Origin: a virus
Taxonomy: Duplodnaviria; Caudoviricetes
Virus record (IMG/VR): IMGVR_UViG_3300032301_000767
Span: 6,370 to 70,369 of that record
Length of the DNA stretch: 64,000 nt
Direction: 5' to 3' (one strand)
Shown here: piece after piece, positions 29,115 through 39,585 of the stretch
How positions within the stretch are numbered: the stretch's first letter is position 1
Layout of the letters: each line of letters opens with the position of its first letter
Translations under genes and position numbers: made by a program
The notes under the pieces: model-generated
Told to the model about the DNA's origin: nothing
Database searches by the model: none
The model's input: only the letters and a program-made list of their open reading frames with translations

Positions 29115-30704
29115 TCACTTGACTTTTGGACCATCGCCCTTGGCATTTCTGCCTTCTCCAGTTTTATCTGAAGTCGTTTTGGCACGTTCTTGGTCCCTGG
29201 CCCTATTACCCGTAGATTTAGCATTTTGATCTGCTGCCTGTTGAGGCTTTAATTCTACTACCTCGTCACCACCTTCAATAGGAATCATGTTCTTTCTGAT
29301 TCTAACTTCATTAGGGGTAATTACCTGCATTCTCAAATAGATCTCATCTATCTGGCTTTGGGTTATTTCGTCTGTCAAACTTAGCTCATTAAATTTTAAT
29401 TCAACAACGTCTGTTTTCTCTGCGATTAAATAATTTAATTTCTTTTCTAATCTATCTTGGGCTGGTCGGCAAACCTGCTCCTTAAATGTTTTATCAGCAT
29501 CTCTTGCTACCGCTAAATTGACTCCCTCTGGAGTTCCAATTTTATTAATAGGAACACGATGGGCTAAAAGAATTTCATCTCTATTAGTTTTACGATAAAT
29601 GTTGAAAGAAGATTCTTGCTCTCCAGCTTCAATCGGCTCCATCTTAAATTCAGTCTTTGAGTCTGGTGTATCCGCTGGAAGTGGAATATAAAGGGATCTG
29701 TGATTCTTACCCTTTAATCCAACCTGGAAAAATTCAAGTAATTTTCTTTCTGATTCTGGAGAAAGCTTTGCTCCCTTAACTGTAATAATATATCTTGGCA
29801 CCGCTTTATTTTCAAAGTAGTCTAGGTTATATCTTCCAGCAAATTCATTTCCAGCCAACGCTTGCTGGGCTGCAATAATATCTGGCACACCGTAATAGTT
29901 ATTCATAGGCGTGTATTTCTTTAAATGAATAATTTCATTTGGCCTGTCTTCTTGGCCAGCAATAGGATTTAATGTTTCCATGTCTCCGAAGTTACGGAAA
30001 TATACAGCCTTGCCATAAAGTAACTGGATGAAGCCGTCACGTAATCTTCTTACACGCATTGTTTTAGCTGGTATATGGCCTATGTAGCCCACATCTCCTG
30101 CTGTTGTACGTCCTATCTCTAGGTAACCATTCCCAGTCGCCTCAAGGTCCGTGTAAGCCTTTATAAGGGTCTCTGTGAAAGACTCCTCTTCGTTACAATC
30201 GTCTAGCCATCTATCTAAATTTGTTTTAATTCGATTTATTTTAGCTCTTGCTCTTTCAAGTTGCTTGCTATCATTAATTTCATCCATAGCATCTTTTGCT
30301 TTTGTAGTCTCAGTAAAGTTGTAGCCCAGGCCAACAATATTTGAAACTTTTGCATTTATAGCTGCATAGTTGTAAGTTGATACTTCATAAATCTTTGAGA
30401 GATAGTCTAGGTTATATGTAGGCTCAACAAGATCAAATAGCGCATATCCGCTAATTGCTTGCTGCATTAAATTCTGTTGTGTGCCTACGCCGCTAGTTCC
30501 AACAAATGCTTTTGAAAAATCTCTATTGACTTTTCTTCTAAATGTAGCCCCTAGCCCACTAAGCTTTTTAATATCTTCTAGACCCATAGCAAAAGGATCG
30601 TCATGCTCTTTTTCTTTTTTAAAGCTAAACCAGTCTGCAGAATTAGATATATCTATAGTAGATACTTCATCTGACGCATCGTCATCAATAAACTCTGCTC
30701 TCAC
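29115..30704 (-). CDS. Portal protein
   Basis: TGNGYLE, EIIHLK, YYGVPD, FENKAVP, ILLAHRVP, ITPNEVR portal motifs. Confidence 0.92.
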   Translation of the reverse strand: MRAEFIDDDASDEVSTIDISNSADWFSFKKEKEHDDPFAMGLEDIKKLSGLGATFRRKVNRDFSKAFVGTSGVGTQQNLMQQAISGYALFDLVEPTYNLDYLSKIYEVSTYNYAAINAKVSNIVGLGYNFTETTKAKDAMDEINDSKQLERARAKINRIKTNLDRWLDDCNEEESFTETLIKAYTDLEATGNGYLEIGRTTAGDVGYIGHIPAKTMRVRRLRDGFIQLLYGKAVYFRNFGDMETLNPIAGQEDRPNEIIHLKKYTPMNNYYGVPDIIAAQQALAGNEFAGRYNLDYFENKAVPRYIITVKGAKLSPESERKLLEFFQVGLKGKNHRSLYIPLPADTPDSKTEFKMEPIEAGEQESSFNIYRKTNRDEILLAHRVPINKIGTPEGVNLAVARDADKTFKEQVCRPAQDRLEKKLNYLIAEKTDVVELKFNELSLTDEITQSQIDEIYLRMQVITPNEVRIRKNMIPIEGGDEVVELKPQQAADQNAKSTGNRARDQERAKTTSDKTGEGRNAKGDGPKVK

Positions 30705-31039
30705 TGTACCGCTCCGTTTCTAAGCATTGAATCTTTATAGACTCCAATATCCAAAGGATCTGGAGTTAATCCCCACTTGAGTCTTTCATTTTGGTGCTCA
30801 AATTCTTCGTCGTCAATTTTTCTACGCCCTGAAAGGAACTTGGGATTGCCCTCGTATATACCAAACGAGCGAACTTCTCTAGCCAAAGCATCGATCTTGG
30901 ATCTATTTCCTTTTTTTGCCGTGACCGAAAGAAAATTGCCATCGTCGTCCCCAATCCATCTGCCATCAGGCATTTCCCACACATATATACCAAGGGTGGT
31001 TTCTTCTATAATTTGACTTTTTTGATTTAAGATATCCAT
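30701..31039 (-). CDS. Hypothetical protein
   Basis: Coupled to portal; TGGTATGAT extended -10 just upstream. Confidence 0.7.
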   Translation of the reverse strand: MDILNQKSQIIEETTLGIYVWEMPDGRWIGDDDGNFLSVTAKKGNRSKIDALAREVRSFGIYEGNPKFLSGRRKIDDEEFEHQNERLKWGLTPDPLDIGVYKDSMLRNGAVQ

Positions 31040-31102
31040 AGACCATAATCATACCATTACTTGGTGTTAAAGTCCAGATATGTCCTAGGCCTGTACCAAA
31101 TA

Positions 31103-32914
31103 TTATATATTTGTCGCAGTAATGGCTTCAGAAACAAAGAAATATGGAAGACTGTCTGTGCCCGTTGTCTTTTCAGACAAAGACATAGCTGTGTCTTGAA
31201 TTACTATTGAATTTAATCCTATATAATTTAGATAATGACTAGATATCATATCCTGGGTCAAAGGAGATTTATAAATAGCTAGGTTATTGTATAGGTTCTT
31301 GCCACCAGATATACTGCCAGATTGATTTTGATTAAACTTTATACTAGTGCTTACATCTTGATTTAAATTTATAACGATGTGGTGCTGTATTCCAGGTATA
31401 AAGTAGCCAAATACATTTGCCGCATTAGTTACATTTTCTCCATTGACATAGATAGAGTCAATACCAGTCTTGCTTATAACCCCTGCGGAATTCCAGCTAA
31501 ACGATTCATTGCTACTTGATAGCAGGAATGCTGCTGATCCATCTGGAGTAAATAGCATTTCAATAGACCTTATATTAATATCATGCTCTATCCCAAAACC
31601 TTTTCCGTTAAGCATAAAAAGCCCATTGTTTTTATTAAAAGACAAAGCACGACTATTTTCTTTTGGCATGCAGTAATCATAATTTGAAATAATTTTATAG
31701 CTAGAGTTATCTCCGTAAAATGACTGATCTTCAAAAAACACTAAGTCTATAGATTTTAATATAGGCAAAAATTTTCTAGAATCTGAGGTAGACATTGTTA
31801 CCTTTATAAATAAAACATCTTGGAAGTCATTATCATTTTTATTAAAGTATGGAATTGATTCTCCGTTTATACACTCTGTCCATATTTGATTATCTAAACT
31901 TACTTGAACGGATATTCCTTTTACGTCTCCATCCCAATAAATTTGTGACGTTGTTATGCCAAGATAATTTGGCACAACAATATAATCAGTAAATGTAAAC
32001 TGCTTACTTTGCTGAGTGTTTGTTTTTTCAAAATATAAATATGACTGATCTGGTGATATTAAAATATTCTCGTTTGCAACATCGGACCATCTTTTTGCTT
32101 TAGGGTAAGAGTATTGAAAAGCTGGTCTTATTTTACTTGAGTTCATAGAAAATAAATAACCGCCATCAGGGTAAACTATGCTTGCTATATTTGTGTTTTT
32201 AATCCCAACATTGTAATGAGTTCCAATTTGTTTTTGATTTAACTCTGACTTATAAAAAGCAACTCCGTCTATAAAAAATTCAATTGCTGAGGACCCAGAT
32301 AAGAATGAAACGTTTTCATTTGTAAATTTAAAGCTATTTAAATTTAATATACTCTTTAACTCAGAGTTAATGTATAGGGCTATATTCCCTGGTGAGAATG
32401 TTCCAACTATGTACATGGCCTCTGACTGGCTGTATGTGTAAGAAACCTCTTGTCCCTGAACAGAAAATACAATGTTTCCGTTTTCATAAAAAATACCTAT
32501 ATTATTTACTGGGTCTGATACTAAATTGACTCTAGAAGACGTAAAATCATTTATTAAAACCCAGGCCTCAATGCTAAAAACATTATCTGGGTATATACTT
32601 GAAGCAATTCCACTTACTGGATAATATATATTAGTTTCTGGAAGCACCTGAGTTCCTCTTTGTCCACCAGAAATTAATGGCATAACTTTTTTATTTGAAG
32701 CTTCCGTTGCAAATCCGTCATTGAAGTTTCCAGAAAAATCATATACAGGTAAACCGCTAATAGCAGCATAAGATATGCCAGAATCTTTTAAATGTTGATA
32801 CGTTGGGAAAAATGTTCTAAGTATGTCGTAAGAAGAAACATCACTTGATGCAACTTCATCTAATTGATAAAAAGCAATCGGTTTATCTTTTAAAATAGCA
32901 TATTTGTATGACAT
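31103..32914 (-). CDS. LamG/concanavalin-A-like domain virion protein
   Basis: DKPIAFYQLDE N-terminus, FSIEAWV, IALYINS, IDGVAFY LamG patterns. Confidence 0.7.
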   Translation of the reverse strand: MSYKYAILKDKPIAFYQLDEVASSDVSSYDILRTFFPTYQHLKDSGISYAAISGLPVYDFSGNFNDGFATEASNKKVMPLISGGQRGTQVLPETNIYYPVSGIASSIYPDNVFSIEAWVLINDFTSSRVNLVSDPVNNIGIFYENGNIVFSVQGQEVSYTYSQSEAMYIVGTFSPGNIALYINSELKSILNLNSFKFTNENVSFLSGSSAIEFFIDGVAFYKSELNQKQIGTHYNVGIKNTNIASIVYPDGGYLFSMNSSKIRPAFQYSYPKAKRWSDVANENILISPDQSYLYFEKTNTQQSKQFTFTDYIVVPNYLGITTSQIYWDGDVKGISVQVSLDNQIWTECINGESIPYFNKNDNDFQDVLFIKVTMSTSDSRKFLPILKSIDLVFFEDQSFYGDNSSYKIISNYDYCMPKENSRALSFNKNNGLFMLNGKGFGIEHDINIRSIEMLFTPDGSAAFLLSSSNESFSWNSAGVISKTGIDSIYVNGENVTNAANVFGYFIPGIQHHIVINLNQDVSTSIKFNQNQSGSISGGKNLYNNLAIYKSPLTQDMISSHYLNYIGLNSIVIQDTAMSLSEKTTGTDSLPYFFVSEAITATNI

Positions 32915-32917
32915 ATG

Positions 32918-34099
32918 CTAACCTTCTAAAGATTTTACTCTTGCCGAAAGTTCCTGTACCGCTTTTATTAATGGCGCAATAAATTCTTCATACCTAAGAG
33001 CCTGTTCTGAATCTTGGTCAGTTTTGTCCAACAAAACCCATCCTCCAAAATCAACACCAGCGTCTTCAATTACCGACTGCACCTCTTGTGCTATTAAACC
33101 CCAGTGTGTTCTTTCTCCTGGAATCGATGATCCGTCTTCTGTCTTTGATCCCTCGATAAACTTATAGCTAACTGGACGCAAGCTATTAATAAAATCAAGA
33201 CCAAGTAAAGAGTCCTGTACATTTGTTTTTAATCTTGAATCTGACGTATTAATGGTTCCAGTATTTGAATATATTGTTTTCCAAAATCTATTTGTTGTTA
33301 CTCCGTTAGGTGAGTCTATGGGCTGACCAATTGCATATAAATTGTTAAATCTTGGATACCAATTTGAATTAACTCCAAAAACGTTTGTAGTCGGTATGTT
33401 CAAACCAATGGAAGTATCCACTGGATCAATATTTGCATTTGCTCCAGCAGCGCCATCTGCGCCTGGTGCTCCAGGTGCTCCAGGGGTTCCAGGGGTTCCT
33501 TGTTCGCCTTTGTCTCCCCGTGGGATTACAAAATTTAATTTTACATCAGAAGATGTGCCAGAGTTTGTTACACTTGCTGTTGTTCCAGCATTGCCAGTTG
33601 TTGTGGACTGTATTACAATTGTTGCTGCAGCATCTCCTTTTGCTCCTGGATTTCCTTGTGCTCCTGGATTTCCTTGTGGGCCTACAATATTTGTTCCAGA
33701 TGCCCAGGCATTGTTTAATTTAGGACCAAAAATTTTATTAGAAACTGTATTTATATAAAAATCTCCATTTGATCCATTTGCAGAAGTTGGATCAACTGTT
33801 CCATTTAATACACTGTTACCACCAATACTAGTTCCAGAATTCCAAGCACCAGAAACTTTTGGGCCGAATATAGAATTACTTGTAGTGTTAATATAAAAAT
33901 CACCATCAATTCCTGTGCTAGAAATGGGATTCGAAGTTCCATTAAGTACGCTATAACCCCTTGGTCCAGTAGCCCCAGTGGGACCTGGATGTGCATCTAA
34001 ATATGCATCAACATCTTCTGCTAGCCGCTCAAGATCTCTTGGAACATCTGGAGTGTCTGAATATTGCGGGTAACGAAACCCTTTTCCTGTTGTGCTCAT
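32918..34099 (-). CDS. Collagen-like fibre protein with C-terminal S74-like chaperone
   Basis: Gly-X-Y repeats; duplicated GDFYINT...FGPK module; SDSRLKTNV...LRYEEFIAPLIKAVQEL. Confidence 0.85.
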   Translation of the reverse strand: MSTTGKGFRYPQYSDTPDVPRDLERLAEDVDAYLDAHPGPTGATGPRGYSVLNGTSNPISSTGIDGDFYINTTSNSIFGPKVSGAWNSGTSIGGNSVLNGTVDPTSANGSNGDFYINTVSNKIFGPKLNNAWASGTNIVGPQGNPGAQGNPGAKGDAAATIVIQSTTTGNAGTTASVTNSGTSSDVKLNFVIPRGDKGEQGTPGTPGAPGAPGADGAAGANANIDPVDTSIGLNIPTTNVFGVNSNWYPRFNNLYAIGQPIDSPNGVTTNRFWKTIYSNTGTINTSDSRLKTNVQDSLLGLDFINSLRPVSYKFIEGSKTEDGSSIPGERTHWGLIAQEVQSVIEDAGVDFGGWVLLDKTDQDSEQALRYEEFIAPLIKAVQELSARVKSLEG

Positions 34100-34131
34100 T
34101 TTTTAATTATACCACCCAAGCTTTTATCATA

Positions 34132-34812
34132 CTATAAACCACCAACGTGAAGTGTTTGGCCAGTCAAACTATTTGACCTCTCGTCTAAAAGAAGCTCTAC
34201 CAAGTCAGATATATCTTTCATTTCAAACATGCGCTCAATTATTTGTGCCTTTAAAGCAGGCTGATTTCCACCAACAATATGCTTTCTTGAAAGGTCGCTC
34301 ATTATAACTCCTGGGGCAATACAGTTTGCCCTTATTTTTGTATTGGACAGCTGCTTTGCAAAGCCTCTAGTAAATGACTCTACTCCAGCCTTTGAAGCTG
34401 CGTACATAGTCGCTTCGTTAGATATGTGTGCAGCTAAACTTGATATATTTACTATAGATGTGTGAACTTCTGGATTCATATTTTGAAGGAACGCTTGACA
34501 TGAATTAAACACTCCATTTAAATTTGTATCTATGAGGTTATAAACTTTGTCTTCAAAAAATATTCCAGCTGCAGAAGGCTCATATATACCAGCGCAATTT
34601 ATTAATCCAGTTACCTGTTTTTTGCTATCAAGTATGTCTCTAGATATTCTATAAAGCGCTTTTATATCTCTAACATCTGACATAATAGTTGGAAATTTAG
34701 GATCATACATTGGTTTATTTAAAGTAATTCCAAGAACTTCTTTACCCAACGAGTGAAGTCTTTCTCCTACATCCCGCCCCATTCCAGATCCAGATCCAGT
34801 TACAATTATCAT
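34132..34812 (-). CDS. Short-chain dehydrogenase/reductase (SDR)
   Basis: TGSGSGMG Rossmann motif, INCAG, YAASK catalytic YxxxK. Confidence 0.9.
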   Translation of the reverse strand: MIIVTGSGSGMGRDVGERLHSLGKEVLGITLNKPMYDPKFPTIMSDVRDIKALYRISRDILDSKKQVTGLINCAGIYEPSAAGIFFEDKVYNLIDTNLNGVFNSCQAFLQNMNPEVHTSIVNISSLAAHISNEATMYAASKAGVESFTRGFAKQLSNTKIRANCIAPGVIMSDLSRKHIVGGNQPALKAQIIERMFEMKDISDLVELLLDERSNSLTGQTLHVGGL

Positions 34813-35468
34813 TCTGAACCGTCCGAATAGTATGGATTCTTTCTATTGTGGTACCAGTTTGGCAGAGAGTATCTAGTTCCCTTTGTAACTGCGTCAACCT
34901 CATGAACATAAACAAAATTAGATGGGAAGAAAAGTATTGTTCCAGCCTCTGGCTTAAGCTCAAGATTAAGATGTGGGAATCTTAATGTTCCGCCTTCATA
35001 ATCATCATTGAGATATAGCAATGCAGACAAAACTCTGCTACTTATTCCATGATCTGAATGAGCTGGTAAAAATCCACTTTCTTTATATTTCAAAACATGC
35101 ATTGTTTTTTCTCTAGCCTTAATATTTTTTTCTGCGTAAGGATAGATAGTGAAGTAGTGATTAAGTGCAGTTTCAAGAGAGCCAAATAGCTCTGAAGATA
35201 TAAAATGCTGTTCTTTATAAAATTTATCAGAAATGGATATGTCTTCTGGTTTAGGCAAGAATTTTTGCCAACAGAAAACAGTTTTTTCTGGACCGCCATG
35301 ATCATAATCCCAAGCAGTCCATTCTTTTACAAAAGGAGACTGATAAGACTCATCTTGTTGTCTTTTTATTTCTAGCTCTTCAATTTTATCAATAATTAAT
35401 TGCGGATCTTTAATTATACCGTTGTACTGAACTACGCCAAGCGCAAGCTGTTTAAACTCCATTAGCAT
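34809..35468 (-). CDS. 2OG-Fe(II) oxygenase, prolyl-4-hydroxylase-like
   Basis: HSD...YLNDDYEGG.L.F...HEV...GTRYS. Confidence 0.9.
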   Translation of the reverse strand: MLMEFKQLALGVVQYNGIIKDPQLIIDKIEELEIKRQQDESYQSPFVKEWTAWDYDHGGPEKTVFCWQKFLPKPEDISISDKFYKEQHFISSELFGSLETALNHYFTIYPYAEKNIKAREKTMHVLKYKESGFLPAHSDHGISSRVLSALLYLNDDYEGGTLRFPHLNLELKPEAGTILFFPSNFVYVHEVDAVTKGTRYSLPNWYHNRKNPYYSDGSE

Positions 35469-36004
35469 CCCTCAAAATCTGGATCCATAAACTCTTTTTG
35501 CGTTGATTGCATAAAGAGTGCCGTATATCTATTGCCAGTTTCAACTTTTGAAACACCGTGCAAATATTCATAGTCGTTTCCTGGGAAAAATAATGCAGAG
35601 AATTTCTTTGGACTGTGTGAAAAATTTTGTTTTGGAAAATATATGTCTCCCCCAGTGTAGCCATCATTGAGGTATATTACAGAGCTATATTCTATAAAAG
35701 GCTCCTTTTCTATTGCATCTATGTGAGGATTGCCACTCATTCCTGGGCCCCACCCTGAACCAAAAGATTTTGTAATTATCACGTCTTTATCTGTTTCAAA
35801 AAATTCTTTCTGAATTAAATTAGCTTTCTTGGCATACTTTCTTAATATACTCATAACCGTATTATTGTACGGGAAAGCAGTTCCACCATTTCTGTCAGCA
35901 TAATAATCTGGATAGTTATTTACAGAAGAAGGGTTTGTGATTTCTGATATTAAAGTTTGTGCATCGTAGTCTTCAATAAAGTTTTCAACTATTTTTATTT
36001 TCAT
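35462..36004 (-). CDS. 2OG-Fe(II) oxygenase, prolyl-4-hydroxylase-like
   Basis: HID...YLNDGYTGGDIYF...HGV...GNRYT. Confidence 0.9.
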   Translation of the reverse strand: MKIKIVENFIEDYDAQTLISEITNPSSVNNYPDYYADRNGGTAFPYNNTVMSILRKYAKKANLIQKEFFETDKDVIITKSFGSGWGPGMSGNPHIDAIEKEPFIEYSSVIYLNDGYTGGDIYFPKQNFSHSPKKFSALFFPGNDYEYLHGVSKVETGNRYTALFMQSTQKEFMDPDFEGC

Positions 36005-36651
36005 CCTAGTGGCACCCAACTTTGATCGTAGTACCCACCAGCTGAAATAAATCTAAGCGGTGTAACGTCATAGGCTATAGTTATTCTATCTTCTTCAAAT
36101 GGCCAAAGACCAATGCTATGGGGGTGTCCAGTTTCCGATAAAATTGCTCTATTGTTTTTATTAACATTTTCAAAGGCAGCATCACCATGTATTTTATAAT
36201 AGGTGGAGCTTGGTTCTGCATTTACGCAATAGTATCCATGAAAATAAGGGAACCCTTTGCCCTCGGAATGGTCGTGATATGAATCTTTGTTGTCTAGGTC
36301 AACATGGTTTTTGCTTCCTTCGGAATTAAACCACCCATGCAACATAAACTTTTCTTTTTCGAAATCAAGTCCATAATATTCACAGGCTTCAATTGTCAAA
36401 GACCTTAAAGTTTTATACAGGTTATAAATTTCTTCATTGTAAAACTGAAAGATGTTGTAAAAGTTGTCTATGCGCTGTGGATTATAGCTATTAAAATAAT
36501 CTTTTGGTGCTGTAGCAAGTACATCTTTCCCTACACCAGCTACTTGACCGTTCTTTAGCTCTTCTTTTTTATTAAGCAAATATTCCTTTAAGCTATCTAA
36601 ATCATTATTTAGGTAAGCGTCAAAAAATTTATGCTGCTTAGTATTATCCAT
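36001..36651 (-). CDS. 2OG-Fe(II) oxygenase-like protein (HxH type)
   Basis: GWFN...HDH...HGYYCV...HPH...RITIAYD; paralogue of 37481. Confidence 0.7.
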   Translation of the reverse strand: MDNTKQHKFFDAYLNNDLDSLKEYLLNKKEELKNGQVAGVGKDVLATAPKDYFNSYNPQRIDNFYNIFQFYNEEIYNLYKTLRSLTIEACEYYGLDFEKEKFMLHGWFNSEGSKNHVDLDNKDSYHDHSEGKGFPYFHGYYCVNAEPSSTYYKIHGDAAFENVNKNNRAILSETGHPHSIGLWPFEEDRITIAYDVTPLRFISAGGYYDQSWVPLG

Positions 36652-37481
36652 TAATTTATTATCCTTGTCTTGTTTAGATATCTCTCTCCGCCAATTTTGT
36701 CGGTTTCTGATTTTTCAATTGTGTACTCAATATCATCATCTTCGAATGGAAATGGTATTACTTCTATCCCAAACAAACCAATGATATTTCTTTCATTGTT
36801 TTCTATAAACTTGTTGTATTTGTGAGTTAATGAAAATGGGACATAGCCATTATTTTCAAGAGGAAGGGTGTTGTTTTGAAACAACTTTGTTGGGCAGCAC
36901 AGTAAGTGGTAATGTTTTTGATTTATCATTATAGACATCTTTTCTTCTTCTCCATAATATTTAAGCTCCACTGGGTATCCAACACGCTTTATGTCAGAAC
37001 TTAAACAGAATATAAAGTCTCTATCTATCATATCAACATTAGAATAATCTTCCGAAACAGACTTTATTTTTTCTATCATAAACAAATTTTTGTTTTTAAA
37101 TTCTAATTTATGATTTCCAGAAATAATTGTTTGATTTTTATATCTTACTGATTCAATTTTATCTACTAAAGACACATCCCAGTCTTTAGACATAACAACT
37201 CCGTCTCCGCACTGCATAAAGTATTCTGAAGCAAGTATTCTTGATCCATCAAATTTGTGTGCGATTGGGCTTTTTATTGAATCCCACTTTGTGTGCTTAT
37301 ATATTATTTTTACGTGACTAGCAGTTATGTCAAACAATCTTGATCGCTCAACATTATTTTGATCTATGATGTAAAACGACAAGTCATGCAAGCCGCTAGA
37401 TTTATTAACAATATCGGTAACACTATCAATCAGATCTTTATTCTGAAAGCTGTATACAAATATGCCAATACTTTTCTTCAT
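36651..37481 (-). CDS. Glycosyltransferase, GT-A fold, resembling GT60 (hydroxyproline GlcNAc transferase) family
   Basis: IFVYSFQNKDL...EYFMQ....DWD..L and YYGEE motifs resemble the GT60 pattern; the DSH motif is diverged. Confidence 0.5.
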   Translation of the reverse strand: MKKSIGIFVYSFQNKDLIDSVTDIVNKSSGLHDLSFYIIDQNNVERSRLFDITASHVKIIYKHTKWDSIKSPIAHKFDGSRILASEYFMQCGDGVVMSKDWDVSLVDKIESVRYKNQTIISGNHKLEFKNKNLFMIEKIKSVSEDYSNVDMIDRDFIFCLSSDIKRVGYPVELKYYGEEEKMSIMINQKHYHLLCCPTKLFQNNTLPLENNGYVPFSLTHKYNKFIENNERNIIGLFGIEVIPFPFEDDDIEYTIEKSETDKIGGERYLNKTRIIN

Positions 37482-38131
37482 TATAGGAGAGGTATCCAAT
37501 GCTGCTGTGGTGCATTTGCTTCAATTAAGCTCTTTAAAGGCATTACGTCATAGGCTATTGTTACTCTAGGACCTTCCCAATCCCAGTCTCCCATTGCATG
37601 TGGGTGACCCATTTCAGAAACAATCATTCTATTATTCTTATTATGGTTTGCAGTTTCTGTGCCAAAAACATTATAGTAGGTGATTGAGGGCTCTGCGTTT
37701 ACTGAATAGTAACCGTGAAAATAGGGGGCATAAGGGCCGCCGTGATCATGCCAATCAAGCTTACCAGTATGATTGTAATTAATGTTAAACCAACCTTGTA
37801 CCATATACTTTTGTTCTTCAAAATTAACTCCGTAATATTCACACGCTTCTTTTATAATATCAGAAAGTGATTTATATAGCTTGTGAATCCCATCGTGGTA
37901 GAACTGAAATACATTATACTCTCTCCACTTGATCGTGGAAACACTTGAAGACGAAAGCCAGGCATCTTTCTGGTTTACTGGAGTAATTCCTTTTAGACTT
38001 AGATTTTCCATGCTTGCGTATTGGTTTTGCAAAAATGTTGCTAAGTCTTGAAGATCGTTGTCTAAGTATCTTTCAAAAAACTTATGATCTTTACCGCTTG
38101 GCTTATTCAGCATCATCGGATTGTAATCCAT
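37481..38131 (-). CDS. 2OG-Fe(II) oxygenase-like protein (HxH type)
   Basis: GWFN...HDH...HGYYSV...HPH...RVTIAYD. Confidence 0.7.
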   Translation of the reverse strand: MDYNPMMLNKPSGKDHKFFERYLDNDLQDLATFLQNQYASMENLSLKGITPVNQKDAWLSSSSVSTIKWREYNVFQFYHDGIHKLYKSLSDIIKEACEYYGVNFEEQKYMVQGWFNINYNHTGKLDWHDHGGPYAPYFHGYYSVNAEPSITYYNVFGTETANHNKNNRMIVSEMGHPHAMGDWDWEGPRVTIAYDVMPLKSLIEANAPQQHWIPLL

Positions 38132-38882
38132 CTGACATTCCTTTTCTGTAATTTTTCCTTTGCCATATATAGTTTTTATAATATGCAAATATTGATATTC
38201 TTCTTCGTTCTTCTTTAATCTTGTTTTCTTCTATACTCTTTTCGGAGTAATCTATTTCCAAATCCCAATCATCTCTTTTGATTGGTATCATTTGAAAGAT
38301 AGGAGTTCCTTTTGGTATTGTTCCAATAAAATTCCTTTTTAAAAAAAAGGCAGTAAATACTGGAGTGTGCCATTTATCTGTATCAATTATCCCAGATAAA
38401 GTCGTGAATGGCAAGTCATGCCTATTCATTGGGTGGGTTATTAGCATTGAGTACCCTGGTGGAGTCTCACAGTACCAATTTACCTTCCATCCAAAATGTA
38501 GGGGGTGATGGGCTGTAGGAACTGGGACGTCAATCATGTTTCTTTTATCTATTATCATGGCTTCCCCGTCCCAGGTTATTGTAGGGAATCCGTCTTTATC
38601 TAAATCAACATGCACGTCATAGTCAAGCTTGTACATGTAGCCAGCAGCCAGGGTATCAAAAAAGGGCATACATAATTTAGTTCCAGCCGCACTTCCGTCA
38701 GTTCCACGATCATTTACTGGGTGAAGTTTAGATATGTTGTTAGACTTTTGAAAACGAGAAAGTCTTCTATACCAATCTGGTAAAAACCTTACAGAGGGTT
38801 CTGGTTCTGAAAGATAATTATTGCTCTTCGGATCAAAATTACTTCCAAACGTTGCTGGGGTAAACTTTACTACTTTACTCAT
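38103..38882 (-). CDS. DUF6065-like protein (dUTPase-like beta fold, unknown function)
   Basis: PDWY...KLCMPFFD...TPPGYSMLITHPMN...GIIDTD...IPKGTPIFQMIPIKR. Confidence 0.55.
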   Translation of the reverse strand: MSKVVKFTPATFGSNFDPKSNNYLSEPEPSVRFLPDWYRRLSRFQKSNNISKLHPVNDRGTDGSAAGTKLCMPFFDTLAAGYMYKLDYDVHVDLDKDGFPTITWDGEAMIIDKRNMIDVPVPTAHHPLHFGWKVNWYCETPPGYSMLITHPMNRHDLPFTTLSGIIDTDKWHTPVFTAFFLKRNFIGTIPKGTPIFQMIPIKRDDWDLEIDYSEKSIEENKIKEERRRISIFAYYKNYIWQRKNYRKGMSDGLQSDDAE

Positions 38883-39585
38883 TGCAAAGCCTGTCAATAA
38901 AATCGGAAGATGCATTTATTTGCATTTCATACATGTATGAACCCCTTTCTATTATTCCAACAGTTTCTGTTTCCATATGCCTTTTAGACTTAGTAAAATA
39001 AAAATCAATAAAGCAAGGTTCTTTTATTCTATCATTTTCGTTGGATTTTGTAAAAGAGCCCCTAAAGTCCATAATTTTAATTGATGGGTTTTCTATTGTT
39101 GAGGTGACAAAAAAATCAATATCCTCATCTATAACCCAAGGAGTATATAATTTAAAGCACCTATCAGAAATAATATCCATGCCTGAAGTATCATATACAT
39201 TGGGGGATGGGTAAAATTGTCTTTGCCAAACCTTATCAACCGAATAAAAAATCTCATTGATTGGTTGTGATTTAAATATACCAAGGTGCCCAAGCGGTGG
39301 GTCAGCAATCTGAACTAGCATGTCAGCATAATTATAATATTCTATTGTAGCTGAAGTATCCGAAGTTTTAATAACTTTTGGCCTAATAGAAAAAAAGGAA
39401 GCATATAAATTTACTGGTTTTAATATCTTGTCGTGATACTCACGGCTAAATTTTACTTCATTCCAGGCAGCCCATTTAGGGAACATGTTAGAATAATTCA
39501 TTATTTCTGCAAAAGTCATAGTGCCCATCTTGCTCCAAGACTCTGCTTCATATGGTGTTTTTAATATGTTTTTAGATGGCTTCAC
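38875..39585 (-). CDS. Hypothetical protein, possibly divergent DUF6065-like
   Basis: FKLYTPW...IIERGSYMY resembles the C-terminus of its neighbours. Confidence 0.5.
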   Translation of the reverse strand: MKPSKNILKTPYEAESWSKMGTMTFAEIMNYSNMFPKWAAWNEVKFSREYHDKILKPVNLYASFFSIRPKVIKTSDTSATIEYYNYADMLVQIADPPLGHLGIFKSQPINEIFYSVDKVWQRQFYPSPNVYDTSGMDIISDRCFKLYTPWVIDEDIDFFVTSTIENPSIKIMDFRGSFTKSNENDRIKEPCFIDFYFTKSKRHMETETVGIIERGSYMYEMQINASSDFIDRLCNE

